DNA of 64,000 bases from Lingula anatina (lineage: Eukaryota; Animalia; Brachiopoda): contig CM120642.1 of NCBI GenBank assembly GCA_051362555.1, positions 7,564,001-7,628,000 of the forward strand, given 5' to 3'. Under the pieces are notes generated by a model that ran no database searches, was not told the DNA's origin, and worked only from the letters and a program-made list of their open reading frames with translations. Shown here piece after piece: positions 14,601 through 27,560 of this stretch. The translations under genes were made by a program, and so were the position numbers. How positions within the stretch are numbered: the stretch's first letter is position 1; every line of letters starts with the position of its first letter.

Positions 14601-15996
14601 TTTAATTGAACTACCTTTGATTTATTATGTGTCATAGAAGGCTGAAAGTTGGGTTTAAAATTCAAGAGATATTTCACATTTAAGTTATTTTCTACCCCAC
14701 ATTCAATATTGAAGGATATATTTTTGTTTTATTAACCATATCAAATGTAGTAATACTGTAGTCTCTCTCTTGTTAGGGTCATCTTCATACTCAGTATCTG
14801 AAGGAGGCTAACAGGAGAGCCTCTGAGAAGATCATAGAATACAAGTAAGTAAATGAACCTTTCCAGAACTAAAGTCTTTTGAACAGTAGTATAGAGTAAC
14901 CTGGTTAATTATCCCATTGATTCTGAGTGCTGGCTTGCAGAACTTTACGTTACATTTGGTTAAAGTTTCATTGTATTAGATGTTATAAAAACAGCACGGT
15001 TTTTTAGCAATGCTGGCTTGCTGGACAAGGCATTAAATATCATAAAAAATATCAAGGTTTTCTAGGAATGCAGTCTTTCTGGAAAAAGTGTTAAATCTTG
15101 TAAAAATATCGCTGTTTCTAGGAATGCCAGCCTACTGGACAAGGTGTTAGGTCTTATAAAATTATCTCTGTTTTCTAGGAATGCTGGCTTGCAGGACAAT
15201 GTGTTAGATCTCCATGGATTGCATGTACCTGAGGCTTTGGCTTTACTGGAGAGAGAGATGCAGACCAGGGAAGCAGGTCTGTGTTCACCAGTAGGCCTGT
15301 ATCCACACAGACACTCTCACACACATGCTCATTTGCCTGAAAGATATAAAAAAAACTTTGTAGATCACAATGAACTGGATCATGTTTCAGAACAAAATGA
15401 TACCTGTCTACTGGTACTTACATTTTACCCATCCAGTATCAGAGTGCCTCTTCCCTCCCCATCAACTTTTGAAAGCATTATATATCTGATTGGCTTAGAA
15501 ATTAAGAGGTGTAGTGTTTTAATATTTGATGAGAGGGTATTGTGGCAGAGGCATGTCCATGGTGGAGAGCTGGATTTCCAGTGAGGGCGATGACATGTAA
15601 CTTGGACATCTTAAAGTTTTTGCAGTCCTTACAAAGCCCAATTTTGGCCATTATTCAATTAATGCATTGGGACAATGGCTGGACCATCACTTGGTCTTTC
15701 ATTTACGTTTTCTCTCAAAGAAAGATATTTCCTTGTCTGCCTGTTGATATTTGTGTGTGATGTAACTTTTTCATTGTTTCCAGAGTTAAGAGAAAAGCCA
15801 GATGCCAGAAAGTTTCACCTGTCCGTGATAACTGGGCGCGGCAAGCACAGCCAGGGAGGGTTAGCTAAGATAAGGCCTGCTGTCAAAGACTTATTTAAAA
15901 GAAAAAACTACAGGTAAGGGGACCTATTCCCAATGGTGTTTTCGTATAATTTTTACATCTATTATTTATGTTTACATGGGTCCATTTATGTATTGG

Positions 15997-16040
<44 letters not shown>

Positions 16041-16080
16041 CCAGTGGAATATGAAAAAAGCAGATATATGCATATGTTTT

Positions 16081-16115
<35 letters not shown>

Positions 16116-16244
16116 TGTATTATTTGTAATAATGTAAACTGAAATATCTATTTGACTGGAAACAAAAATGAAACTGGACTTTTTTTTACTTTCAGTTTTA
16201 CTGAGCCCCAACAAGGCCTTTTGAAAGTTCTTTTGAAGCAGTGA
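1683..16244 (+). CDS. N4BP2: NEDD4-binding protein 2-like (NONU-1/Cue2-type Smr endonuclease with P-loop polynucleotide kinase); multi-exon, 5' exon(s) not found
   Basis: GT-AG exons in a continuous frame: 1683-3483, 5516-5631, 6246-6334, 7750-7826, 8397-8510, 9065-11139, 11438-11566, 11885-12153, 12687-12808, 13731-13875, 14216-14389, 14777-14844, 15179-15276, 15784-15913, 16196-16244 (TGA). Motifs: Walker A LRGLSGSGKSTLAR; kinase segments SSDDYF, VVIDNTN, EPNTPWKF, RNTHGVP; CUE-like LQVLFPTV and LAEMFPNI; DUF1771 (YQDFRAEA...QQGHLH); Smr LDLHGLHV and VITGRGKHS. The first exon starts in phase 1, so the start codon lies upstream. Confidence 0.92.
5651..5750. repeat. 34-bp tandem repeat, about 3 copies, intronic
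   Basis: ACACTGATCAGT(T/A)TACTAAAGCAATGCAGTCTAT repeated just after the donor at 5632. Confidence 0.85.
15000..15210 (+). repeat. Degenerate 56-58 bp tandem repeat (4 copies) spanning a 3' splice site and the start of the Smr exon
   Basis: Each unit reads TTT(C/T)TAG|(G/C)AATGC...GA(C/A)AA..GTTA. The post-AG positions are 15008, 15066, 15122 and 15179. Confidence 0.8.
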
Positions 16245-18236
16245 CCAATGGAGACTATGGGGTGAATATTTAGTCTGGGGCCAGTAGTTGAAGTGAAAAT
16301 TGAAATACTACTCTGATCCCATGATCCTGAACTCTTTTCACAATCGCAGGGCCTTAACACTTATACTCAAAAGATTTCTAATGCTGTATTTTTATGAATT
16401 TATGTATTTCATTTTGAAATGTATTGAAATGGAGCTGACAAAAAGCACTGTAAGCTTGGTTCATCTATTTTTTAATTATTTTACAGAGGCAAAGATCTTT
16501 AAATTACTCAATAATTGCAGACACATTTCATGGCAATTTGACGTGTATATCATTTCAATTTTTTTTTTATTCCTACATTTTTAATCTGTTTTAAAGAAGT
16601 AATTGGTAAAAAATGAGAGCAAGTGGTTTTTTTATTGTTTTACTATTTCATGAAGAAGGTAACACTTGTGCACTTGTATATTTTTGTCATAAAAATGCGA
16701 TAAATAAATTATTTTACTTTCAGCAAGATATGTTGAATGGATTCTTTTTTCAACCAAAAAATTTAAACGTGGTATTATTTTACACCTTAATGGTTCATTT
16801 CCAAGAAAGAATCAACATTATAACAATAGAAATTCTAATTAATATACAGTGAAAAGATGGATTTTGGTACATTGTCATGTGAGCATGTTATACATATTTG
16901 ATTTTGAAAAAATATTCATTTTGGAAATTTATTAAATTATTTAAACTGTTGGATCTTTTACTGTTGACAACTTCTGAACATCCAACAAATTAGAGTATTG
17001 AAAAAAAGGATGTTTGCTGAAAATTTACGTGAAATTTCAATGATCCAATGAATTACCATAAGTAAAATTCCATTGGGAAAAAAACTCGCAATGGAATCAG
17101 TTTCAAGGACGATAAAACTAATCATTTGTTTTGATCTGTAGTGGACCAAGTATGAATTTCCCAGTTATCAACGTTTCTGCTCCAAATTCTATAAAGTAAT
17201 ATCTACCTGAATTTCTGAAACGTAGCTTATTTGCAATCCATTGCCCCTTCAAATTACATCATTCCAAACGTCTATGACGGCATCATCTGCTCGATGTCCA
17301 TATTTGCCGCCGCGGCTTGACAACCTAGTTTGGCATCCTCTAACAGGGGCACTTTTTTTTTTTTAATATTCACAGAAATGTCTCTAGCTAATTCTGTGCA
17401 CTTCTGCTATTGCAAGAATATATGGAATTGGCTTCCTCCCACACCTGACCTGTAGTATAGAGTATAAGTATGCTCCTTCCTGTTTATGTCTTTCGATACC
17501 TTTATATAATAGTTCTGGAAAAGTCTGACACGATTTTGTTCCCATTTGTTGTATACTATATATCATTCAAATACAATAAACTAATCTTTGTCCATATTGC
17601 AGGTATTTACAAGTACATATTTCCGCATATTTTGATAATAACATATTCCCATATTTTGCATACGTTTCCATCAAAACAAAAAGAAATTTATTTAAGAACA
17701 ACAATTGGCTTGTATACATGTGTTTCAAAATTCACGAGAACCCCATTAAAAGTGGCCCAGAAACGACGAACCTGGCACGAACACCCTATGTACCATTTTG
17801 TGGATATCTGGAAATATCCGAAACATAAAGACATCGTTTAAAAGTGGTTGTTTTGTGTTCGTTACATCGATTTATATCCTGCAAGATGATGCTGCTGCTT
17901 CACACCTAATAGATAAATCGCTACGTCATTTACATAGGACATTAACACTCTATAATATGCAATTTCCAAATAATGGTCTTTAAAACGCTGACCGTTTTGC
18001 TGCTTTTAAAAAGACCAAATATAGGCCTGCAATACACACTAGTGACAAGCTACTGGAAAGGCAACTTCTGACCAAAAAAACGTCAAGTGGAATGGTTCAG
18101 AACTCGTTTCGTGCGTAATAGCATCGGTGATTTTGGTCATGCTGGGGAGTGTGTAACACTTCAATTCACCCAATTGACCGCTTCCTGGAGAAAGGGGTGA
18201 CGGAACTGTTTTAGCCAACACAGCGTGGATCATACT

Positions 18237-21200
18237 CTAAACTCTTATTCTAAACAGTTTCCATAAACTCACGCCCAGAACAAAGTCCACTATTTCAGCA
18301 GCTGTCATCAAGGTGCTCCCCAGCACGAGACCCAACGCTCCCCCGATATCTGCGAAGAGGGTCAGCGCGCTGTACGCCTCCTGTTGCACCACCTCCTCGA
18401 CGCTGATGTCAGAATAGAAAATATTAAGATCAACAAGGCTTTCCTTGAAAAACGATGCTTGTACGTTATACATCGCGGCCATTCTGTTTATTAGTGCTTC
18501 AGCCATTTTGGTGTGTGAAATTGAGTGTGTATAATGGGTACTTTGACAAGCCTCCATGCAAGCACAGCTACTGTAACCAGCCATCGGTTCTTTGCTGATA
18601 TTGAAACATCCAAACATGGTATCTTTGAGGTTACAAGTTCGCTGACCGTCAATTGTTTGGTTGCCCGTTTTTGGTTGATGAAACAAGCGGCATCCACATG
18701 CTTGCATAGCAATAAAACTGAAAAGAAATATGTATTTGAAATGCACATCATCTCTGATTAGAAGACGTTTCCACGGCGATCACATATTATTCATTCTGTA
18801 GTCAAAGACATAAGTGACTTTTCAAATGGTTTAGGTTATAATTCGCAAGCACTGAACGTGTGCTAATCATCTCATTTCACATTTGCAAACATATTGCAGT
18901 TGAGTACATATCTTAACCAACACAGCGTGGAGTAGACTTTATATTCTCTTTCCAAACAGTTTCCATAAACTCACGCCCAAAACAAAGTCCACTATTTCAG
19001 CAGCTGTCATCAAGATGCTCCCTATAAATTTGGGTATCACGCATCTTTAAACCTGTATATAATATAATGTGGATTGCTTTGCTCATTTAATGTGGGAATA
19101 AAGTAACTATATTCGTAACGCACTACATGAGAACCAGTTAGTTAGCAACCGGCTCCATTTGTTATAACGGATAATACAACTACACATGTATTAACAGATG
19201 AATTAAGAACACGCTGTTTCCTCCCTGTCACATTTTGAATACTCACTGGCAAAGACGGTGATTTTCTGTATCATTGTTTCAAAAATCTACTTACGAGCAT
19301 TCAGCATCACAATTAAGTTTGGTATATTTGGAGAAGTACTTCAAAGTTCTCTCTTTGCACTGTCCGTGTGGGGGAGGGAGATTCGTTCGCTGGAAAAATA
19401 CATAATAATAATAATAATAAGATTCTTATATGGCGCCTTACATTCTATCTCAAGGCGCCTTACAATAATAGCTAATATACTAAAATCATTAAAATGACTA
19501 CAATATGTTAATCATAAACTTTCATTGGAAACCATTTAAAATTTACACTACTAAAAATCAATCTTATTAAAATATATATATATTTTTTAAAAAAATCTAA
19601 GAGATATAGACAGAATTAAAAATGTGGGTCTTTAAAAGAGATTTAAAATTTTCAAAGTCTTCTGTTTTTCTAATAAAATTTGGGAGACCATTCCACACTT
19701 TTGGGGCGTAGATTATAAAATCACGATCTCCATAACTTTTGAGGCATCCCTTCTCTAAAACAGAATGTTCTAAAATAAAATCATTCTCAGTATTAAAACG
19801 TGTGGACCGCCGTGGTAAGTTAAAACAGATGAGATCAGATAAATATAATGGTCCTTGTGAATGGATCGCCTTAAAAATAATACAAAGTACTTTAAAATCA
19901 ATCCTCTGCTTCACAGGCAGCCAGTGTAATTCTTTCGTAATGGGAGTGATATGGTGTGTAATATTGTAGTTAATTTGACAAACCAGTCTTGCAGCTGAGT
20001 TTTGAATAACTTGTAACTTTTTAATCTGATAGTCACAAATACCAAAGAGGAGACTATTGCAGTAATCTAATCTTGATGATATAAATGCATGTACTAATTT
20101 TTCAGTGGTTTTGTTATCTAACACTTTCCTTATTTTTCCAATGCGCCATAGTGCATAAGATGCTGATTTACACACTTCAGATACACGCTTGCCCATAGTG
20201 CCATTTTCATCGAGGGTAACTCCCAGATCTTTTACAGAACTAGATGGTTTTATAAGAACATCTCCTATGCAAATGTTGGCATTTGCTACATTTTTTCTAT
20301 TTGCCTTGAACCTTGATGTAAACCATATCAACTCAGTCTTACTATCATTTAAAGCCAACATGTTCACTTCCATCCATTCTCGAATCTCTGCAAGACAAGT
20401 CTCCATAGAAGTGATTGTTGCAGACTGGCTGCTCTTGCATGTAATATATACTTGTGTGTCATCTGCAAAAATAACAGTGTTCAGACCATGCTTTAGTATG
20501 ATATCTTCTACAGGTAACATGTATAATGAGAATAGGATCGGACCTAACACAGACCCTTGTGGGACACCATACTCCAAGTTAACTGGCTGAGATAAAACCG
20601 ACTCTATTGAAACCCTTTGTGTTCTGTTTTTCAGGTATGAGGTAAACCAACTAAGTGCAAGTCCATTTACTCTAAAACGATGCTGCAACCTGTGAAGAAG
20701 AACCTTATGATCTATGGTATCAAAAGCCGCTGAAAGGTCTAGAAGAACTAAAATGACATCTCTTTGTTTATCTAGGGCAAGCATTATGTCGTTGTGGACT
20801 CGAAGTAGAGCTGTCTCAGTGCTGTGGCCTTCTCTATAGGCAGACTGAAATTTCCCAAAGAGTTTATTTTCAGATAGATAGCTGCTTAGTTGGGAACATG
20901 CCATTTTTTCAAGAAATTTACCTAAAAATGGTAGATTTGATATTGGTCTATAGTTTTTCAGGACATTTTTACACAGCCCTTGCTTTTTAAGTAATGGTCT
21001 AACAATTGCAGTTTTGCAGTTTGATGGAAAGATACCTTTTGAGAAAGACAGATTTACTAATCTCAGGAGAACTGGAGATAACACACTAATGCACTCTTTC
21101 ACTATATATGTTGGCATGGGATCCAGAGCACAAGACTTAGAATTCATCCCCTTTATAACAGAGATAATATCATTCTCCGAGACCGGTAGGAAATTGCTCA

Positions 21201-23686
21201 GTTGGGGCCCACCACCCTGACTGGCACACCTGTCTTGAAATTCACTTCGTAATGAATCTGATTCTGAGGATCCTGTGGTAGAATTTTGAGTTAAATCATA
21301 ATATAATATAATATAATATAATATAACGCTTGTAGAATTGTAGGTCTTGGATTGGCCAGTTTCTGCCTTACTTTAACCTACATTGGCCAGTGACAGTGTG
21401 CTATTTCGAATAGTTCTGTTATTGTGGTGATTTCACGGCCAAACTTCTATTTAGAAACTTTCACATTTAAATCAAATTAAATCAACTTTTGATAAAGATT
21501 GTTCAAATGCCTCCATTATAATGACATAACATAAATCTGGTTACGTATTTTATTCGTTAGAAAGAATTGTAACCAAGTTTTAAAAAGATATTTCCAGTTT
21601 TAGAAAAATTGAACAACTTTATTTATGGCTTCATCTCCTAATTGAAGTTAAAGTCAGTGTCAGTTTAATTATGTCATATGCCTTAATTCTGTAAATTGGC
21701 TTCAATATCTCTGAATTGTTTTATGATTCACTGTGATGTATTTTGTGTGTATGAGTATATGAGGAGATCAGAGAGATTGTAGGTTAGAGCTCAGAGTGAG
21801 TTTGGTCAGTCGAACCGATAGCAAGATTGTCCCTGCTGTCTTTGGAAACTCCAGATCTGTCAGCCAGAGAAATAAACGTAGAGATCAGTCAGTTTGTAGT
21901 TGATCTCTGGAAAACAGAGCACTGCTGTTGTGTTACCTGCTGGAGAAGTAACTCAGACCAAATTGTCCCCTGTAATAGTACTCTTGTGTTTTGTATTTGA
22001 GTAATCTAATATAATGTTATAATATAAACAGATGAGTTGTGTTGTGTTGTGTCCCCTAAGCAAATCCATATGTTTCCAGAGCTCTTAGTAGCTTTTACAC
22101 CTATTGTGAAATACACTCAAATATACATTGATGGTGTGAATTTTTTATTTAAAATAATGACTTCGTCAAGTACTTAAGTGTGAACGAGAGTTAGAAAGTG
22201 TATGCAGATAGGGTATCATTCATGTATTGTCGTTTTATTATATATATTATACTTCTTTATCCACAAACAATGGAATTTCCCGGTCTTGGTGGTGGATGCG
22301 GTATGTTGGTATCATGATAACGCTAGCTGTCAAACAGATTTTTTATATCTATAATATCCAAGTGATTGCCAATAGGTCGCTGATTGATTTACCACAGGTA
22401 TGCAACTGATTGAACGGTATTCCTTTTGTTTCTTCAGCCCCAAACGTTTACCTCTGACAACACAACGTAATTAAATCGTGAAGGTCGTGCGCATCGCGTT
22501 TCTTTTACATTCTCATCCTTGAGGTGAGAATACCAAGCACTGGAAAGATGTTAAACTGTATTTACTGAAACAATCTTTTTAGAAATGATTGGACATTTTT
22601 AACGATCTGTTAAATTATTTGTAGATAATTTTAATGGTTAAAATGTGATTATAAATAGGAATTATACATTGCTTTTTTTAGTTTTTCTTGCATCTGTCTA
22701 TTTATTCCAGTGTTTATTCAGATAATATGGCTTTCCAAATTTTAAATGAGATAAAGCGATGAAACATTGAGGATATCAGGATATCAACCAACGATTTTCA
22801 CAAAATAATAAAAGAAATAAACATAGCATCAAAAACAAGCACACTGGTACTTACATCGTATGGAATCTACGTGGCGTATGCAAAACTTCTCAGTTAATGT
22901 AAAATCTTGCCAACTAATGCAATTTATTTTTCATTTCTATTAAATATTATGATTTATGATCATGATTATGAAATATAGTCTATGCTCAAATAGGCCACCA
23001 TCGTACGCCTATTTTACCGCGGTTGCTGGCAACCTTTCAGCAACATGTTTTCGAATGCTTGCAACCGGAAAGAAACCTATTAGCAACCAAGACTAAAAAG
23101 CGTCAATCGACAACGCTGTTGCAACTGCAACCTTTTAGTGACCTGCTGCCGACTGTTTGCGACCGGCAGGAGGGTCCACGCGACTAAAGACGGTCAATCG
23201 ACAGTTGCAAGTGGTATGCGACTGGTCTTATCTGGTTATAGCGACCTACTGGCATTAGGAAACCGATATTTTTCATCTTTAGTCGCACTGGTTGTCGGTA
23301 CACAAAAAAGACCTTTATGTGTCAACGGTCGCTGGCGACCTGTTAGCAACCTTATGCGACCACTTTAAAACCTATGTCAACCTCCTTGCGACTGAGTTCG
23401 CTAAAATGTTGCCATTTGGTTGCAAGCGCAGTGTGACCCTAGCCTCGGGTATTCATTACTTTGGACAAAATTGCGATTAGATCTATAAATATGGGTTTAT
23501 TAAAGCAGCGGTCATACCCGTCTTTGTTTCATAGCTATGTCCACACTTTCTCCCGGTGACACTTTTAAACCTAGGCCTATCATATGGGGAAATTCGCCTC
23601 GCTCGTGCATCAGTACCTGGGAATTAGACAAAGGCTTTTTTAAAAATTGGCATGCAATGGTTGCACATATATAAATATATACAGTG

Positions 23687-23722
<36 letters not shown>

Positions 23723-26700
23723 GAGCACATTCTAAGCAAAAGTATCCTTCTGTTTTTTCAAGATATAGTCCAAAGATAGAAATTTATACACAAGCCATAA
23801 ACTTGACTGTAATACCTTTCAAAAATGAGATTCTTGACAGTCACTTAGAGGGTCCTAGGAAGGCACAAGGTGGTGGAAACGTTATAACAGGACCGTGACC
23901 GCCATAATACTAATTGCTAACTAAATTAGTAACTGCTGATGGACGTTTTCATCCAGGTTAGCTATCATGTGGGCTTCAAAACGTTTTTGCTTGTACACAA
24001 ACAATGATGTTTAGACTATGCAGCATTTTCTAGTCATTAATTTGGTTAGCATTTTGTAATTTGAAATGCAGTGCCATGCAAACTACTTTTAAAGTTGACG
24101 GAATATTTTCAAACGTCGAAAAAATGCCTTACAATTTATCATTCAACGAACACTATATGGACTTGACTTCTCATTATTTCAATACGAAACCCTTTCTTAT
24201 CACATGCATCTGATACCTGTACTTTCAATTTACCATTAATTAATACAGTATATATTAAATCATGACATACCGTGTAGCCGGCTTTTGTGGTGAAATTTAG
24301 ATAATCGTCCTGGTGTGAAAAAAGCCACATCTGTAATCCACTTAAGCTGCCTGCTCTGCTCACACTCTTCAATTCACCTTCTTAAAGAAACAAAAATAAC
24401 GAAAAAGGCAATACTTCGGCAGTGCCAGGATCCAAGGTGCCCCAAAATATGCATTCAAAATATGGCGCCTGTGGTCTGGTCCATTGGCTATACACAATTT
24501 TTAACATGCCATAATAGTTTTTAACGTCATTTCAAAGATAATAAATCAATCAACTTAATTAACCACGATGTCAGAATAACCGATTTAAAACATAATTAAT
24601 AATAAATAATTGTCATAGAAAAAAGAAAATTATGCTATTCTTTATATTCATTTGTTATTGTTTTTTTTAGGTAGCCCTCTGTTTTAACTGATGTTAAACA
24701 AATCATAATGAGCCAACAGGAAAATTCCCACCATTAATGTAATATGCTCTGAAACGTCGTAATTTGGCGTCATCAGTAACGTACGACGCTGAAACGGTTG
24801 TCGTCTCAGCAATAAAGCCACCTACATGCACTAGCAACGGTCAACTGATGGGAAAAACGGCGAAAAAGGCTGGTCCCATATTAAGGTGGCAGCGTCCCGT
24901 TTAATTGGCCTTACCTGCGTTGAATTGGATACAAGATCCCATCTCAGTTTCTATCATTGAAAAATCAGCATCTGTACATATCACCTGATTGAACAGGCAG
25001 AACTGCAAGAAAAAAAAACTTGCTGAATTACAAGCTAGTATAATAAAATTGTATGGAAATATCAGGATTACAAGAAGCAATTTCGTGTCATTCGTGTTGA
25101 AAATGTGCACATCCACCAGGGATCAAAATAAAAGTAGCCCCCCTGTGAATCAACATTAAAAATGGAAGCGATCAATTTTCGAAAATTATACTGAACAAAA
25201 ATATAAATGCACGAAAGAATATGTTGATTTATTTTTATATATGGAACTAGAGTATATAGCCAAAAATAACAGCATATTTTTCTTGACAAATAGACATCAC
25301 TTTGAGAGCATTAGGGGAAGTTTAAATGCATAGTCCAAGAGTTACGGCATCAAATACACCATGGGGGTTAACATCCTGAGTCACAGACACAATTAAATTT
25401 GTGCAGAGCAGTACACCAGCGGCGCATGGACATCACTAAGTAGTCAATAGAGGCCTAAGGGATATTATCCCATTCTTCCTGGAGTGCTTCTTGCAGTTGG
25501 CGAACATTTTCGAGAGCTGGAACATGATAGCTGAAAACTCTTATCCAGAACATTCCACAGGTGTTTGTTGGGCAACATGGTGCATGAGGGTGGTTCCTAA
25601 TGCTACCAGTGTCTCTGAGGTGTGTTCCCAGACGGCTGACAGTGGAATGATGCACCTTCTGCAACTTCTGTTACTGACAAGCCAGCATTGAGCATGCTGA
25701 TGGCATGCTCCCTAATGGTTTTTAGACATCTGTGGCATGTTGACAAGTGGCAGAAATACACATTTTGGTGTGTCCTTTTATTGCCTAGACGGTAGAGAAT
25801 GTCCGAGTATTGGTCTTGCAGATTGACATCTACTCCGTCATGCTCCATTAGTCTTATGGGTGTAAAAAAAACTGAACCTTTGAGTATACTCACGGGGAGC
25901 GGCCAAGTGAAACCAGACCACTATAATTGATCAAAACAAATCTGTCAGTTCACAAATAAACCATCAACCTGGGCATATTTCATGATTATCCATTTCAACT
26001 GACCATTTTAGTTTCGTGTGTTTATATTTTTGTTCAGTATAATTTTTAATTTTAAAAACAAAATTGAAACAAATAGGCAATGTATTTAGATAGATATATA
26101 AAGAATTTGCGAATAATGGCACGTTTGACAAAACGACTACAGTCAATGTCTTTTCCATATGTAACAAAAAATATTTTTACGTCACTTTACCTTAATGAGT
26201 CTTGACAATGATATTGGATGCGATATTTTTTAAGTCTTATTTTTTAAACAATTACAATATGTCACCTATGACAGCGTTAGCATCTAAAGATCAACCTGGT
26301 TGAAAACATTTATGGAAATTTTTACAAGTAGTATATACAATTTTAGAATGATAAGACGTGAATTTCTACTTACTGACGGCATAAGATCCGCCATCTTGTA
26401 TTGGTTTCTGGTGTGGAAATCTGTCCAGTTGTATTGCTCGATATTGGTAAGATTGAAGTTAAACATGTCAAAATAGTTTGCCTGTTCAAGATGTCCGTTT
26501 GCTCTGAGATACGGCAGCTTAAACCTATTGTTGTTGCAGATGGTTACTGTGGGGAAGTGAATTGAGTCGTTGTGATGGAATTTTATATCCACCGACGCTG
26601 GGTTCTCGAGGAAATAGGAAATGCGGTTCCACAGATGGAAAATTAAGAAGCCTGACCCACATAAAACGAACGCTAGCCACAGTAATCGCCTGACAGGTGA

Positions 26701-26934
26701 AAATTTTGGATTGGCCACCTGCTTCATTCCTAGGATGCTAACGTTATTGGCAAAGTCAGATATCTCGTCCTTCAGGGATGGGATGGTTTCATCCTTAGGC
26801 TGGTCTGGCTTACGTTTGGTAATATTGGTACCGCGGTGTGGTGACTTGTTGCTAAAGTCGCCATGCATATTATTGTACTGTTTTATAAACTCTGTTCCTT
26901 TTTCTTCAAAAGAAAATGGGTGGACGCTAGACAT
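18237..26934 (-). CDS. DEG/ENaC (ASIC-like) channel subunit, copy 1, about 477 aa
   Basis: Exons 26934-26374, 25002-24915, 24380-24271, 23616-23518, 19389-19295, 18717-18237. TM1 RRLLWLAFVLCG, FPTVTICNNN, TEMGSCIQFN, LPPPHGQC...YTKLNC, LNIFYSD, TM2 ADIGGALGLVLGST. The frame is intact across all junctions. Confidence 0.92.
18908..19022 (-). pseudogene. Orphan duplicate of the 3' end of the channel last exon (end of TM2, stop, start of 3'UTR) inside the last intron of copy 1
   Basis: Matches about 18210-18322. Translates to GSILMTAAEIVDFVLGVSLWKLFGKRI*. Confidence 0.85.
19402..21297 (-). mobile_element. 5'-truncated non-LTR retrotransposon (L2/Crack/CR1-group) in the intron before the LPPPHGQC exon of channel copy 1
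   Basis: ORF 19597-21147 has RT motifs NYRPISNL, LLDLSAAFDTIDH, GVPQGSVLGP, FADDTQ, SRLDYCNSLL and ELHWLPV. The 3' end carries a GCGCCTTG...AAGGCGC stem followed by a (TTA)n tail at about 19402-19420, typical of L2-group LINEs. The 5' boundary is approximate. Confidence 0.9.
19597..21147 (-). CDS. LINE ORF2 reverse transcriptase, C-terminal part (endonuclease absent)
   Basis: 516-aa open frame with canonical non-LTR RT blocks. Confidence 0.88.
   Translation of the reverse strand: MNSKSCALDPMPTYIVKECISVLSPVLLRLVNLSFSKGIFPSNCKTAIVRPLLKKQGLCKNVLKNYRPISNLPFLGKFLEKMACSQLSSYLSENKLFGKFQSAYREGHSTETALLRVHNDIMLALDKQRDVILVLLDLSAAFDTIDHKVLLHRLQHRFRVNGLALSWFTSYLKNRTQRVSIESVLSQPVNLEYGVPQGSVLGPILFSLYMLPVEDIILKHGLNTVIFADDTQVYITCKSSQSATITSMETCLAEIREWMEVNMLALNDSKTELIWFTSRFKANRKNVANANICIGDVLIKPSSSVKDLGVTLDENGTMGKRVSEVCKSASYALWRIGKIRKVLDNKTTEKLVHAFISSRLDYCNSLLFGICDYQIKKLQVIQNSAARLVCQINYNITHHITPITKELHWLPVKQRIDFKVLCIIFKAIHSQGPLYLSDLICFNLPRRSTRFNTENDFILEHSVLEKGCLKSYGDRDFIIYAPKVWNGLPNFIRKTEDFENFKSLLKTHIFNSVYIS
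23020..23443. mobile_element. Probable degenerate non-autonomous DNA transposon fragment rich in GCAACC/GCGACC/GGTTGC/GGTCGC motifs
   Basis: Dense short motifs in both orientations, ending in GCAGTGTGACCCTAGC. No coding potential. Family not determined. Confidence 0.35.
25400..25790 (-). mobile_element. Internally deleted, frameshifted Tc1/mariner transposase remnant
   Basis: Fragments REHAISMLNAGLSVTEVA and VHHSTVSRL (N-terminal HTH), and QLQEALQEEWDNIP*ASIDYLVMSMRRWC (Tc1 C-terminus). The DDE core is missing. Confidence 0.7.
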
Positions 26935-27089
26935 TTTGTTTTTGTTTGTATTAGGTTATGATGTGCCAGAATCTACAACGAGAAAAGCAGGCCGTTAAGT
27001 CACATATGTCTTTGAAAAAAGATTAAAATCTGTTTTTCGTCACTGTTATTGCAGAAGAACAATTTGGGTATATAGCGGGGGAAAAAGGA

Positions 27090-27560
27090 CAGCAGAGGCA
27101 TCTTAGTGGCGAGGAACATCATTCCAAAATTAATTTAAAAAAATAAGAGAATCAAGTCTGGTTCTTTTGATTACTCCAAGGCTTTCGATTCTTTGTACCA
27201 CGATGCCCTCTGGAAGACCATCAATGGCTTCGAAGCCCCAAAACACCTAACGTGGCTGCTGAAAAGTTTGTAGGATCATGACAAAGGAGTGATGCGGGTA
27301 AACAACCAGTACAAAGAATAGTTTTTTGTTTGAAATTGAAATGAGACAGGGATGCCTGGTATCATTGCTTCTTTTCAGCGCCACTGCAGAGGGAATCATG
27401 CAAGAAGTCCCAGAAAGGCTCCATGACCGATCTGGTAAAGTCCTTGCGGGAAGAAAAAATATGCTTATGATACGACAATGGCGGCTAAGTAAAGAAAAGA
27501 ATAGAATGCAAGGAGATGAGAGGCGATGATGAATAAAAGCAGAGAAGCAGGTCTCAACGT
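27090..27560 (+). mobile_element. Degenerate RTE-type LINE reverse transcriptase fragment
   Basis: FDYSKAFDSLYHDALWKT...LLKSL* at about 27166-27273 and MRQGCLVSLLLF at about 27341, with stops and frameshifts. Confidence 0.7.

Noticed and set aside
21331-22078. Possible solo LTR (TGTAG...TTCCA)
   Set aside because: The terminal inverted repeat is weak, there is no matching TSD and there is no second copy in the window. It cannot be supported without a repeat search.
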